This document shows, one piece after another, positions 1-11,160 of a stretch of 64,000 bases of DNA; the first letter of the stretch is position 1, and the number at the start of each line of letters is the position of its first letter. The notes beneath the pieces were generated by a model, which was not told the DNA's origin, did no database searches, and worked only from the letters and a program-made list of their open reading frames with translations. This DNA comes from Camelus dromedarius (lineage: Eukaryota). The stretch lies in contig NC_087472.1 in the NCBI RefSeq assembly GCF_036321535.1, positions 94,676,001 through 94,740,000 on the forward strand, read 5' to 3'. The translations under genes and the position numbers were made by a program.

Positions 1-91
1 GAGAAAGAGAGAAAGGAGCGTGCAAGCTTACAGAATTCACTCCTAGAGAGAGAGAGAAGACACGAGATACTCTGATAGAAAAATTCATTCC

Positions 92-123
<32 letters not shown>

Positions 124-259
124 CAGGAGGTACTCTGATAGAAGAATACACTACGGGGTGGTGGGGGGGGGGAGAAAAAAACAGAGACAGAGAGAGAGAG
201 AGGGAGAGAGAGAGAGACGGAGGAGACAGGTTCTCAGATACAAGAATTCACTCCGACAA

Positions 260-290
<31 letters not shown>

Positions 291-1112
291 GCAGGGTCGC
301 AGAACAAGAATTCACTTCGAGACACAGAGAGAGGAGGGTCGCAGATACAAGCATTCACTGCGAGAAAGAGAGAGAAAGAGAGAGAGAGGGACACAGAGAA
401 AGAGAGAGAGAGAAGCGGGTCACAGATAGAAGCATTCATTCCGAGAGAGGGAGACCGGTGTGAGCGAGGGGGGGCGGAGAGAGAGAAGACAGGAGAGAGA
501 GAGACAGGAGAGAAGAGGGAGATGAGGAGGTTAGCGGGGAGAAGTTTTCAGATACAAGCATTCATTCCGAGAGAGAAAGAGGAGGGTCGCAGATACAAGA
601 ATTCACTGCAAGAGAGGGAGAGGAGTGGAGAGGAAGACAGAGAAAAGAGAGAGAGAAGGAGGAGACAGGTTCTCAGATCCAAGAATTCACCCTGAGAAAG
701 AGAGAGAGAGAGAGTAGGGTCACAAATACAAGCATTCATTCCCAGGGAGGGAGAGGGGGTGAGAGAGAGAAAGAGAGAGAGGGGGGAGAGAGACAGAAAG
801 AAACAGAAAGAGAGAGACGTAGGAGACAAGTTCTCAGATCCAAGAATTCACCCCGAGAAAGAGAAAGAGAGAAAGGAGCATGCAAGCTTACAGAATTCAC
901 TCCTAGAGAGAGAGAGAAGACACGAGATACTCTGATAGAAAAATTCAATCCGAGAGAGACAGAGAGAGAGAGAGAGAGAGGAAGGTCGCAGATAGAAGCA
1001 TTCACTTCGAGAGACAGGAGAGAGAGGAGAGAAGAGGGAGATGAGGAGGTGAGCGCGGAGATGTTCTAAGATACAAACATTCAGTCCGTGAGAGCGTGAG
1101 AGCGAGAGAGAT

Positions 1113-1146
<34 letters not shown>

Positions 1147-2019
1147 AACGAGGGTCGGAGATACAAGCATTCACTTCAAGAGACAGACAGACAGAGAGAG
1201 GAGAGAGAGAGAGAGACAGAGACGAGGGTAAGAGCTACAAGCATTCACTGCGAGAGACAGAGAGAGGGAAGAGAGAGGAGAGGGAGAGAGAGAGGAGAGA
1301 AGAGGGAGATGAGGAGGTGAGCGCGGAGATGTTCTCAGATACAAGCATTCATTCCGAGAGCGAGACCGAGAGAGAGAGAGAGAGAGAGAGAGAAAAGAGA
1401 TAGAGACGGAGGAGACAGGTTCTCAGATACAAGAATTCACCCCGAGAAAGAGAAAGAGAGAAAGGAGCGTCCAAGATAACAGAATTCACTCCGAGAAGGA
1501 CAGAGAGAGAGAGAGAGGAGGGTCGCAGATACAAGCATTCACTGCGAGAGACAGAGAGAGAGGGAGAGGAGAGAAGAGGGAGATGAGGAGGTGAGCGCGG
1601 AGATGTTCTCAGATACAAGCATTCATTCCGAGAGCGAGACCGAGAGAGAGAAAAGAGATAGAGGCGGAGGAGACAGGTTGTCAGATCCAAGAATTCACCC
1701 CGAGAAAGAGAGAGAGAGAAAGGAGCGTGCAAGATTACAGAATTCACTCCAAGAAAGAGAGAGAGAGAGAGGAGGGTCCAAGATACCAGAATTCACTCCT
1801 AGAGAGAGAGAAAGAAGACAGGAGATACTCCGATAGAAAAATTCATTCCGAGAGAGACAGAGAGAGAGAGAGAGAGGAAGGTCGCAGATAGAAGCATTCA
1901 CTTCGAGAGACAGGAGAGAGAGGAGAGAAGAGGGAGATGAGGAGGTGAGCGCGGAGATGTTCTAAGATACAAACATTCAGTCCGTGAGAGCGTGAGAGCG
2001 AGAGAGATAGAGAGAGAGC

Positions 2020-2056
<37 letters not shown>

Positions 2057-2219
2057 AGACAGAGGAGAGAGAGAGAGAAACGAGGGTCGGAGATACAAGC
2101 ATTCACTTCAAGAGACAGACAGACAGAGAGAGGAGAGGGAGAGAGAGAGGAGAGAAGAGGGAGATGAGGAGGTGAGCGCGGAGATGTTCTCAGATACAAG
2201 CATTCATTCCGAGAGCGAG

Positions 2220-2272
<53 letters not shown>

Positions 2273-2487
2273 AGATAGAGACGGAGGAGACAGGTTCTCA
2301 GATACAAGAATTCACTCCGACAAAGAGAGAGGGAGAATGAAAGAGAGAGAGAGAGAAGGGTCGCAGAACAAGAATTCACTTCGAGACACAGAGAGAGAGA
2401 GGAGGGTCACAGATACAAGCATTCACTGCGAGAAAGAGAGAAAGAGAGAGAGATGGAGGAGACAGGTTCTCAGATACAAGAATTCAC

Positions 2488-2530
<43 letters not shown>

Positions 2531-2738
2531 GAGAGGAGAGGAGAGAAGAGGGATATGAGGAATTGAGCGGTGAGAATTTCTCAGATACAAGCATTCATTC
2601 CGAGAGAGCGAGGGAGAGAGAGAGAAGACAGAGGAGAGAGACAGAGAGAGAGAGAGAAACGAGGATTGGAGATACAAGCATTCACTTCGAGAGACAGAGA
2701 GAGAGAGACAGAGACAGAGAGAGAGAGAGAGAGACAGA

Positions 2739-2788
<50 letters not shown>

Positions 2789-3349
2789 CGTCGCAGATAC
2801 AGGCATTCACTCCTAGAGTGGAAGACGAGAGGAGAGAGACAGAGAGAGAGAGGGAGAGAAAAGAGACAGAGACAGAGAGAGACGAGCGTCGGAGACACAA
2901 GCACTCACTGCGAGAGAGATAGAGGAAAAGAGAGAGAGTGACACAGAGAGAGAGAAAGAGAGAGACGGAGGAGACAGGTTCTCAGATAGAAGAATTCATT
3001 CCGAGGCAGAGAGAGAGAGAAAGAGGGAGAGGGAGAGAGAGGGAAAGAGAGACAGAGAGAGAGGAGGGTCGCAGATACAAGCATTCACTTTGAGAGAGAG
3101 AGACAGAGAAAGACAGAGAGAGAGGCGGGGGGGAAGGTCACAGATACAAGCATTCAGTTCGAGAGACAGAGAGAGAGAGGAGAGAGAGGAGAGAAGAGGG
3201 AGATGAGGAGGTGAGCGGGGAGAAGTTCTCAGATACAAGCATTCATTCCGAGAGAGCGAGAGAGAGAAAGAGAAGACAGAGGAGAGAGACAGAGAGAGAG
3301 AGAGAAACGAGGTTCGGAGATCCAAGCATTCACTTCGAGACAGACAGAG

Positions 3350-3384
<35 letters not shown>

Positions 3385-3650
3385 GAGGGTAGGAGATACA
3401 AGCATTCATTCCGAGAGACAGAGACAGAGACAGAGAGATAGAGGACGGTCGCAGATACAAGCATTCATTCTGAGAGAGGGAGAGGGGGTGAGATAAAGAG
3501 AGAGAGGGTGAGAGAGAGAGAAAGAGGAGGGTCGCAGATAGAAGCATTCACTGCAAGAGAGAGATAGAGAGAGAGAAAGGGAGACGAAGAGAGAGAGAAG
3601 AGAGAGGAGAGGAGAGAGGAAGATCTCTGATACAAGGCATCACTCCTTTC
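1..3650. repeat. Purine-rich (GA) satellite array with conserved core AGATACAAG(C/A)ATTCA and higher-order repeats; runs off the left edge
   Basis: About 45-50 core copies by eye, separated by (GA)n tracts of variable length. Long blocks recur (approx. 890-1200 vs 1787-2130; 215-375 vs 2280-2440). Confidence 0.95.
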
Positions 3651-4214
3651 GTGACAGGGGGAAGAGGGGAACGAGGGGGAAGGCTTACCCATGGCCGGAA
3701 CGGCGGAGATCACCTGTTTTTCACATTCTATAAGGGACTCATTTTTAACTTGTCTGTGTCTCTCTATTTAGAGTACCATTTGTGTGTATGTGTGTGGTTC
3801 AGAGACTCATCAGCTTACCAGGGAGGGTGCAATGAAATTTCCATCTTGAGGTAACATTTGAACTGCAATGTGGAGGTTGTGCAAGTGCCAGGAATTTACT
3901 GCAGCTCTACCAGGAGTTGTAGGATGCAAAGGGGACAGGTTAGGCGCCAGCAAGGAGGAGCATGTGCACACTCGTCTCATTTTGTCCCCACAGTAAACCC
4001 AGAGAGCAGATTTGATGACCTTTCACTTTCTGAATGGGCGCAGAGAGGTTAATAACCTGCCAGGACTTAAACCTGCATAGCACTTCCTGCCTTGCTACTG
4101 CCCCTCCCGACCCGCACAAGAGCAGAAGTCTGCGTGGGAAGACCATGGTCACCCTGCCCGAATTCATGTCCACCCAGAAACTCACAATGTGAAGAAACTG
4201 ACAAATAGGATCTT

Positions 4215-4520
4215 GTTAGCTGTAATAAAGGGTAAGATGAAATAGCCTGGATTTTGTGTGGGCCCTAAACCCAATGACACATAGAAGAAGGCCATGTGAC
4301 GTCAAAGACTGGAGTTAACCCTTCCATAATCCAAAGAACGCCAGAAGCCACAATAAGCTGGAAGCCAAGAAAGAATTCTTCCCTAGAACGTTTGAAGTGA
4401 GTTGTCCTGATGACAGATGGGTTTCAGACTTCGAGACTCCACAACTCCAAGAGAAAATTTCTGTTGCTGTAAGCCGCACCGTTTATGGGACAGTTAAACA
4501 GCAATGCTAGGAAACTAATA
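4215..4520 (+). mobile_element. MaLR solo LTR relic (MLT1-like)
   Basis: Contains GGGCCCTAAACCCAATGAC, AAGGCCATGTGA and TTTCTGTTG...AAGCC, and ends GGAAACTAATACA, typical of MLT1 LTRs. Confidence 0.8.
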
Positions 4521-4604
4521 CAAGTGTTAATTGCACTTCTGCAGGTATAAGTCTGCTCGCCAGTGAATGGCATTTATCAGGTAAACCATTTTCCTCCAAA
4601 CTGT

Positions 4605-5100
4605 CTTTTTTTTTTTTAATACTCTTTTTTAGGGAAGTTTCAGATTTACAACAGAGTCGAGCAGAAAATAGAGTTCCCACACAGCCCTCCCCACCCACAC
4701 ATACATACTCCCCCACCCTCAGCAGCCCTCATCAGTGTGGCAGATTTGGTACAACTGATGGACCAGCATTATTATCAAACTCCACGGTTCACTCCTGATG
4801 TTGCACATTCTATGGGTTTTGACAAATGCATAATGACATGTAGCCACCACTGTACTATCATACAGAATAATTTCATTGCCCTAAAATTCCTTGTTTCTCC
4901 ATTTATTCATCCCTCCCGCCCTCCCTCCCTCTCTCCAAACCCCTGGAAACCACAATCTTTTTATTGTTTCTATAGCTGTGCCTTTTCCAGAATGTCATTT
5001 GGTTGGAATCATACGGTTTGTAGCCTTTTCAGTCTGGCTTCTTTCATTTAGTAACATGTCTCTTAAGTTTCTTCTATGTCTTTCATGGCTTGATCATTTT
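4605..5100 (-). mobile_element. Old L1M (L1MB/L1MC-type) 3' UTR fragment
   Basis: T-rich tail followed by CCAGAATGTCAT...GGAATCATAC...GTAGCCTTTTCAG.CTGGCTTCTTTCA, the antisense of an L1M 3' end. Confidence 0.75.
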
Positions 5101-5199
5101 TTTTTACTGCACATACATTTTTTAATGTACATATATGTACTGTTCATTGTTTCTAGGAACGTTTAGAGCTTTAGCTTTTTTAATTTACATAGTTATCAA

Positions 5200-5712
5200 A
5201 GGAATAAAGCCAACCACAAAATAAGAATTAACTCAAAAAGATACATACACCCTGCTATTAACAGCAACATTATTTATAATTGCCAAGATATGGGAGCATC
5301 CTAAGTGCACATCAATAGTTGAACAGATAATGGAGATGCAGCACACATATATGTAATGGAATACAGCTCACCATAAGAAAGAAGGATACTTTGCCATTTG
5401 CGGCCCTTCACTCACTTTATTTTTTTCACTTCAAAAACCAGACTTAGAACTGGGCATAAACATTTCCATTACATCAAAAACAACAAAATACCTAGAAATA
5501 TACTCTGAAAACTGACATGACAAAGAAATGGAAAGATTTTTTTGTGCTCTTAGATTGGAAAAATCAACACTATCAAAATGGCCACACTACCCAAAGCAAT
5601 CCAGAGATCCAATGCAACCCCCATCTAAATACTCGCAACATTCCTCACAGAACTAGAACAATTCCAAAATTTATAAGGAACCACAAAAGACCCCAAACAG
5701 CCAAAGCAATCT
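5200..5712 (+). mobile_element. Scrambled L1 ORF2/3' fragments
   Basis: L1 ORF2 C-terminal segment (5200-5402), then an ORF2 segment from further upstream in the element (5460-5712: GGAACCACAAAAGACCCCAAACAGCCAAAGCAATCTT). Confidence 0.7.
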
Positions 5713-6285
5713 TTTGTAGCTCTCAGTTTTTTGTTTTTTTTTTTTTCTTTTCTCTTTCTTCTTCTCTTTACTTACGCTTTGATGACTAGAGAAGGTCCCT
5801 TAACATTTTTTGTAAAGCTGGTTTGGTGGTGCTGAATTCTTTTGGCTTTTATTTACCCGTGAAGCTTTTGATTTCTCCATCAGGTCTGAACGAGACCCTC
5901 GCTGCATAGAGTATTCTTGGTTGTAAGTTTCCCCCTTGCATCACTTAAAATGTATCGTGCCACTCCCTTCTGGCCTGCAGAGCTTCTGCGGACAAACCAG
6001 CTGATAACCTTATGGGAGTTCCCTTGTATGTTATTTGTAGCTTTTCGCTTGCTAATTTTAATACTTTCTCTTTATCCTTAATTGTCAATTTGTTGACTAT
6101 GTGCCTTGGTGTGTTCCTCTTTGGACTGATCCTGTGTGCTACTCTGTGCGCTTCCTGGACTTGGGTGACTGTTTCCTTTCCCAAGTTGGGGACGTTTTCA
6201 GTGATTATCTGTCAAAAAATTTTCTCAGGTCCTTTCTCTCTTCCCTTTCTGGGGCCTCTATGATGCGACTATTAGAGCGCTCTGT
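5713..6285 (-). mobile_element. L1 ORF1 C-terminal half plus inter-ORF spacer, inverted
   Basis: ORF 5945-6184(-) gives QVQEAHRV..RNTPRHIV..KDKEKVLK..ITYKGTPIRLSA..LQARREW, which is L1 ORF1p. It resembles 22390-22850(+). Confidence 0.9.
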
Positions 6286-6827
6286 CTTCTTCACTTTTTT
6301 TTTCCTTTGTTAATAATAAAATGGTTGAGAATAGTTGTCAGCTTAAATGATCAGAATTAGAGTAAAAATATAAAGTTGGCACTAGTTTAATACAGGTTTA
6401 CTGGTTAAATCTGGCCCTTAAAGATTCTTGTAAAGATTTATTTGATGAATTTTCCAAAGGCCTATGAGATCTTTTTTCTTTAAAGCCCATAAAATTGATC
6501 AACTTTCAGATAATAACTCCCAAATAATGGGACTTGAGCCAGAATCAATTTTAGCTACTTCTTGGTAAGAAAAACATAGTCCAGATACAAGTAAAAGAGT
6601 ATGTTATAATTGAGAACTGAAGAAAATACTGTTAAATCTTATGAAAATCAGAAAAAAGGGGGGGATCAGAATTCTTCATTCTTTTATTAACTTCTTATGG
6701 GAAATTCATTTACCCTCTCTGGGTCTTCTTGCCTATACAAAGAAGATCTCAAATAAATGACCTAACTTTATACCTAAGGAGCTAAAAAAAGACAAAGCCA
6801 GAGAGCAGAAATTACAAAGTTTAGAGA

Positions 6828-9158
6828 AGGAGGAGGGATTAAGATGGTGGAGTAAGAAAACATGGAACTCACTGCCCTCCCCCAACACATCAAAAATTCA
6901 CCTTCATATGGAAAATTGAAAACTGGAAACCAGCAGAAGGATTCCTGTGCAACCAAGGCTGTAAGAAAGACAGACACACAATCAGGTGGGAAGAGAAGCA
7001 ATGCAATCAGATTGAGACCTGTGCTCCTGAGAGGGGACGAGGGATATTATATGGGCAGACACCTATCCTGGGCAGTGAGTGGTTCAAGGTCCAGATTGTG
7101 TGCCCCAGTCCTGGGGTCTTATGTAGAGGAGACAAGCCCCTTGGCTAGCTGGAGGGACCCTGAGACAAACAGAAGTGCTGTGGGAAGCCTAGACTCTGCT
7201 TGTGATGAGCATGCACGTGCTGGCTAACCACTGAGGCAGGGTGGAAAGAGGTCTTGTCAAGCAGCTGCCAGGTTTCTCATAACCACCTCACCACACATCC
7301 CACTCCAAGCTCAGCAACTGCTCTGGCTCTGCTTTTCTATACACTAAGAAAAGAACTTTCAGAAAGAGAAAGCACAAAAACAATCCCATATACCATCTCA
7401 TCAAAAAGAATAAAAATATTTAGGAATAAACTTAACCAAAGAAGAAAACTTTTCAGCATACAGGTCTTTAAAACAGTGAAGGGAATTCAAAGTAATGGAA
7501 GGAAATGAAAAGATATCCCATGCTCTTGGATTCAAAGAATTACTATAATTAAAATGTCCATACTGCCTAAAACAATCTACAGATTGAATACAATCACTAT
7601 CAAAATGCCCACGGTATTTTTCACAGAACCAGAATAATCTTAAAATTCATTTGGAACAATAAAAGACCCTGAATTGCCAAAGCAATCTTGAGGGGGGAAA
7701 AAAAAAGCTACAGTTATCACCCTCCCAAGTCTCCAGACAATACTACAGCACTACAGTAACCAACTATGGTTCTAGCACAAAAACAAATGGAACAGAATAG
7801 AAAGCCCACAGATAAACCCACACAACTATGGTCAATTAATCTATGACAAAGCAGAGAAGAATATACCATGGAGAAAAGACAGTCTCTCCAATAATTGATG
7901 CTGGGAAAACTGAACAGCTACCTGTAAAACAATGAGATTAGAACATTTCCTCACACCATATGCAAAAATAAACTCAAAGTGGATTAAAGATCTATATTAG
8001 ACCTCAAACCATAAAATTTACAGAGGATAACATAGGCAGAACACTCTTCAGCAGAAATCATAGCAATATTTTTTGAATGTCTTCTAAGGCAAAATAACAG
8101 TAAAAATAAACAAATAGGACCTAATAAAAGCTTTTGCACAGCAAAGGAAAGCAGCAACAAAATGAAAAGCAGCCTACTGATTGGGAGAAAATATGTGCAA
8201 GTGAGATGACCAACAAGGAGGTAATATCCATAATATATCAATAGCACACATAACTTAATATCTAAAACACAAATAATTAAAAATGGGCAGAAGACCTGAA
8301 TAGACATTTTTCCAAAGAAGTCACACAGATGGCTAACTGGCACTCAAAAAGATGCTCAATATCTCTAATCAGAACTACAGTGAGGTATCACCCCACACTT
8401 CTCAGAACGGCTATTGTCAAAAGACCACAAATAAATTCCACAAATTCCACAAATGCTGGAAAAGATATGGAGAAAAGGGAACTCTTGTGTACTGTTGGTG
8501 GGAATGCAAATTTGTGCAGCTACTGTGGAAAACAGTATGGAGGTTCCTCAAAAAAATTAAAATTAGAATTACCATATAATCTAGCAATTCCACTCTTAGG
8601 TATATATCCAAAAAATCAAAAACCATCAACTCAAAGATACGTGCATCCCAATGTTCAGAACAGCATTATTTACAATAACCTAGATACAGAGCAACCCAAG
8701 TGGCTAGCAACAGACAAATAGATAAACAAGGTTTGGTATATAAATACAAAATGGAATATTTCTCAGCCACAAAAAGAATGAAATTCTGTTCGCAACAATG
8801 TGGATGTAACTAAACAGTACTGTGCTAAGTGAAGTCAGTCAAAGTAAGAGAAATACTGTATATCCTTTATTTGTGGAATCTAAAAAAATGAATACATATA
8901 GCAAAACAGACACAGACTCAGATACAGAGAAATTGTGGTTACCAGTGGGGAGTGGGACTGGGGCAGAGGTGATACAGGTGTGCAGAATTGAGAGATACAA
9001 ACTACTGTGTACAAAATAAACTAGCAATAAGAGCCCAGGGAATTATCACCGTTAACTTGTAACTTTTAATGAAGTATAACCTATAAAAATATTGTGTCTC
9101 TAGGCTGTACATCTGAAACTACTATTGTAAATCAAGTATACATCAATTTAAAAAATAA
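6828..9158 (+). mobile_element. L1 5' UTR fused directly to the 3' part of ORF2 and the 3' UTR (internally deleted or composite L1)
   Basis: 5' UTR start GATTAAGATGGTGGAGTAAG at ~6838, junction to TGCTTTTCTATACACT at ~7330, ORF2 C-terminal CCHC-region peptides at 8329-8721, A-rich end at ~9150. Confidence 0.85.
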
Positions 9159-9869
9159 ATATGTAATATGTAGTATCAATGCATAAGTTTCTCACTTGGA
9201 ATTATATCTCAGACTTCAATGAAGTGTTTTATGCACATGTATTTGATATGGATGTTATATAACGTTCACACATTTTAAATTACAATAAATTCTTCATATC
9301 TGAAATAGTTTTTGCAATTTCAAACACATATGTAAAATGCACTATCAATTACTGTATTAAAAATAGTCACAATGAAGAGACCTCAACTTTGGAGTGGTCA
9401 TTTATCTTATTTCCTGAGTAAAGAAGGGATTTGTAAATCATGTAATTTTATTCGCTAATCAGCCTTTTCTAACAAAGCTAAAAACTTTGATACTCAGAAC
9501 CACAGAGAAAAGAAAGACTGTACCAGGAAGAAAAAAATTTGAAAGAGTTGAAGTCATACCTCTACCTGAAACATATCTTTAAATACAAAACTCTGAAGTA
9601 CTAACACTAGAGAAATGTAATTGCTTTGCCAGTTTAACGCTTTTTCAATTGTTATTAAGCTTACATGTTCATTATAAATAAAATATGAGCGCAAAAAAAG
9701 GTGAGTACATGTTATTAGTTATAAGTTAACTAATATCTCACTCATAACCATCCTTAAGATTTTTACACTTACCCCCACCTTTTTTTTGTCTAAAACTTTG
9801 TAGTAAAGATATCTAACTGTGTAACACTATATGTACTTAAATATACTCTTTTTCAATCCTAAAGCCATA

Positions 9870-10350
9870 TCACAGAAATCTTTTGGTACCATTCACTGTA
9901 TTTATATACACATTTTTAATATATGCAAGGTATTATACTGCATCAATGGGTAAATATTTTACCCATTTCCCTATGTCACATCTTTTTTTTTTTTTCTTAA
10001 GGTTTGTTTTTGGTTTAAACAATGCTACTGTGAACTTCCCTATGGCTAAAATTTCATGCATAGGCCTGGGTATTTCTGTAGAATGAACTCCTAAAAGTGC
10101 AATTTCTAAGCCAAAGTGTTTGAATCATTTTTAGGGCCCTTGATTATATTGCCAAATGGATTTCAGGAAAATTTTCTTGATCTGCCTCCAGTTGTGTAAC
10201 TAATGACTGTTTTCCCATACCTTAGCCAAAACTAGGCATTATCTATGTTGCAATGTTCAACTTCCGCAAATTTATGAAAAATCGTGGTGGTACGTGGATG
10301 TTTCAATATGCAGTCATAGGAGGAAAACTTTTTGTGCTTAGGGGGAGAAA
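9870..10350 (-). mobile_element. Ancient L1ME-like fragment
   Basis: Degenerate antisense ORF2 3' motifs (AATGCTACTGTGAAC, TATTGCCAAATGGATTTC, GTTTTCCCATACCTTAGCCAA). Confidence 0.5.
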
Positions 10351-11160
10351 TTCGTGCCTATTGTTAATGTTTCTTTCTTTGTGCAAAGAGCTCTATTAGC
10401 CTAGTACCCTAGCCTCTCCTTCTCCCTCATTCATGCCGCCCCAGTGAAGATCAAGTGCCTTTTCTGACTGGTGAGCACTGCAGGACAGACTGCTACTGAG
10501 CAGGGGCCAGGTTTCTCTTTCTCTGCCCAGGGGTACATTCTAACCGCGTGGGTAAGGCCTCTTCCGTCTCTCACCTACCTGAATGGAGAGTTCAGTCAAA
10601 GTTGAGGGCTCAGCTTTAAGAAGTTAATAGCATGACTCTATGATCTGACTATCAAATTCATTAGTAATAACGTAGTACATGATATATATTATGTCTTTAT
10701 CAGCTGATTCAGAACTGGGGGTCGTAGGAAGAGGGTTATTAATTTAGGACCCTACAAAGACTTTCAACTTCAGTTGATTATTTTAGAGGATGAACCTATT
10801 CTTTATGTTTACTGGACATCTGTATATCTGTAATTTTTAACATTTAGCCATTTTCCACTGTGACAATTTTAATAACTTTTACAACTGTTTCTATAATACT
10901 AGACACTAGCTTTTATCTCCCATATACATTTTAATAGTTTCTCTAGCCATTAGTCTTTTGATATTCACAGTATTTTGATACTGTACAGTTTTTCTTAATA
11001 TATTCATTCCATTATTTTCCTTTATGGTTTGTGTTTTCAACCACTTAAGTTATTATTAAAAAACTAACCCATGTAAGTCTGCTGAAATAAACTTTGTATG
11101 ATTCAGTGGTTGGCAAACATGTCTCCAGGTGTTTTTTTGCCACTATTATAACTAAAGAAG

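Noticed and set aside
290..3540. GGGTCGCAG as rDNA Sal-box terminators (GGTCGACCAG)
   Set aside because: Two core bases are missing and there is no rRNA sequence in the window, so the resemblance is not enough
151..3547. RE-rich and SL-rich ORFs
   Set aside because: Translation artefacts of (GA)n/(TC)n; the frame changes with spacer length
1..3650. CRISPR array
   Set aside because: Spacers are low-complexity GA tracts of variable length, repeats are degenerate, there are no cas genes, and the context is mammalian
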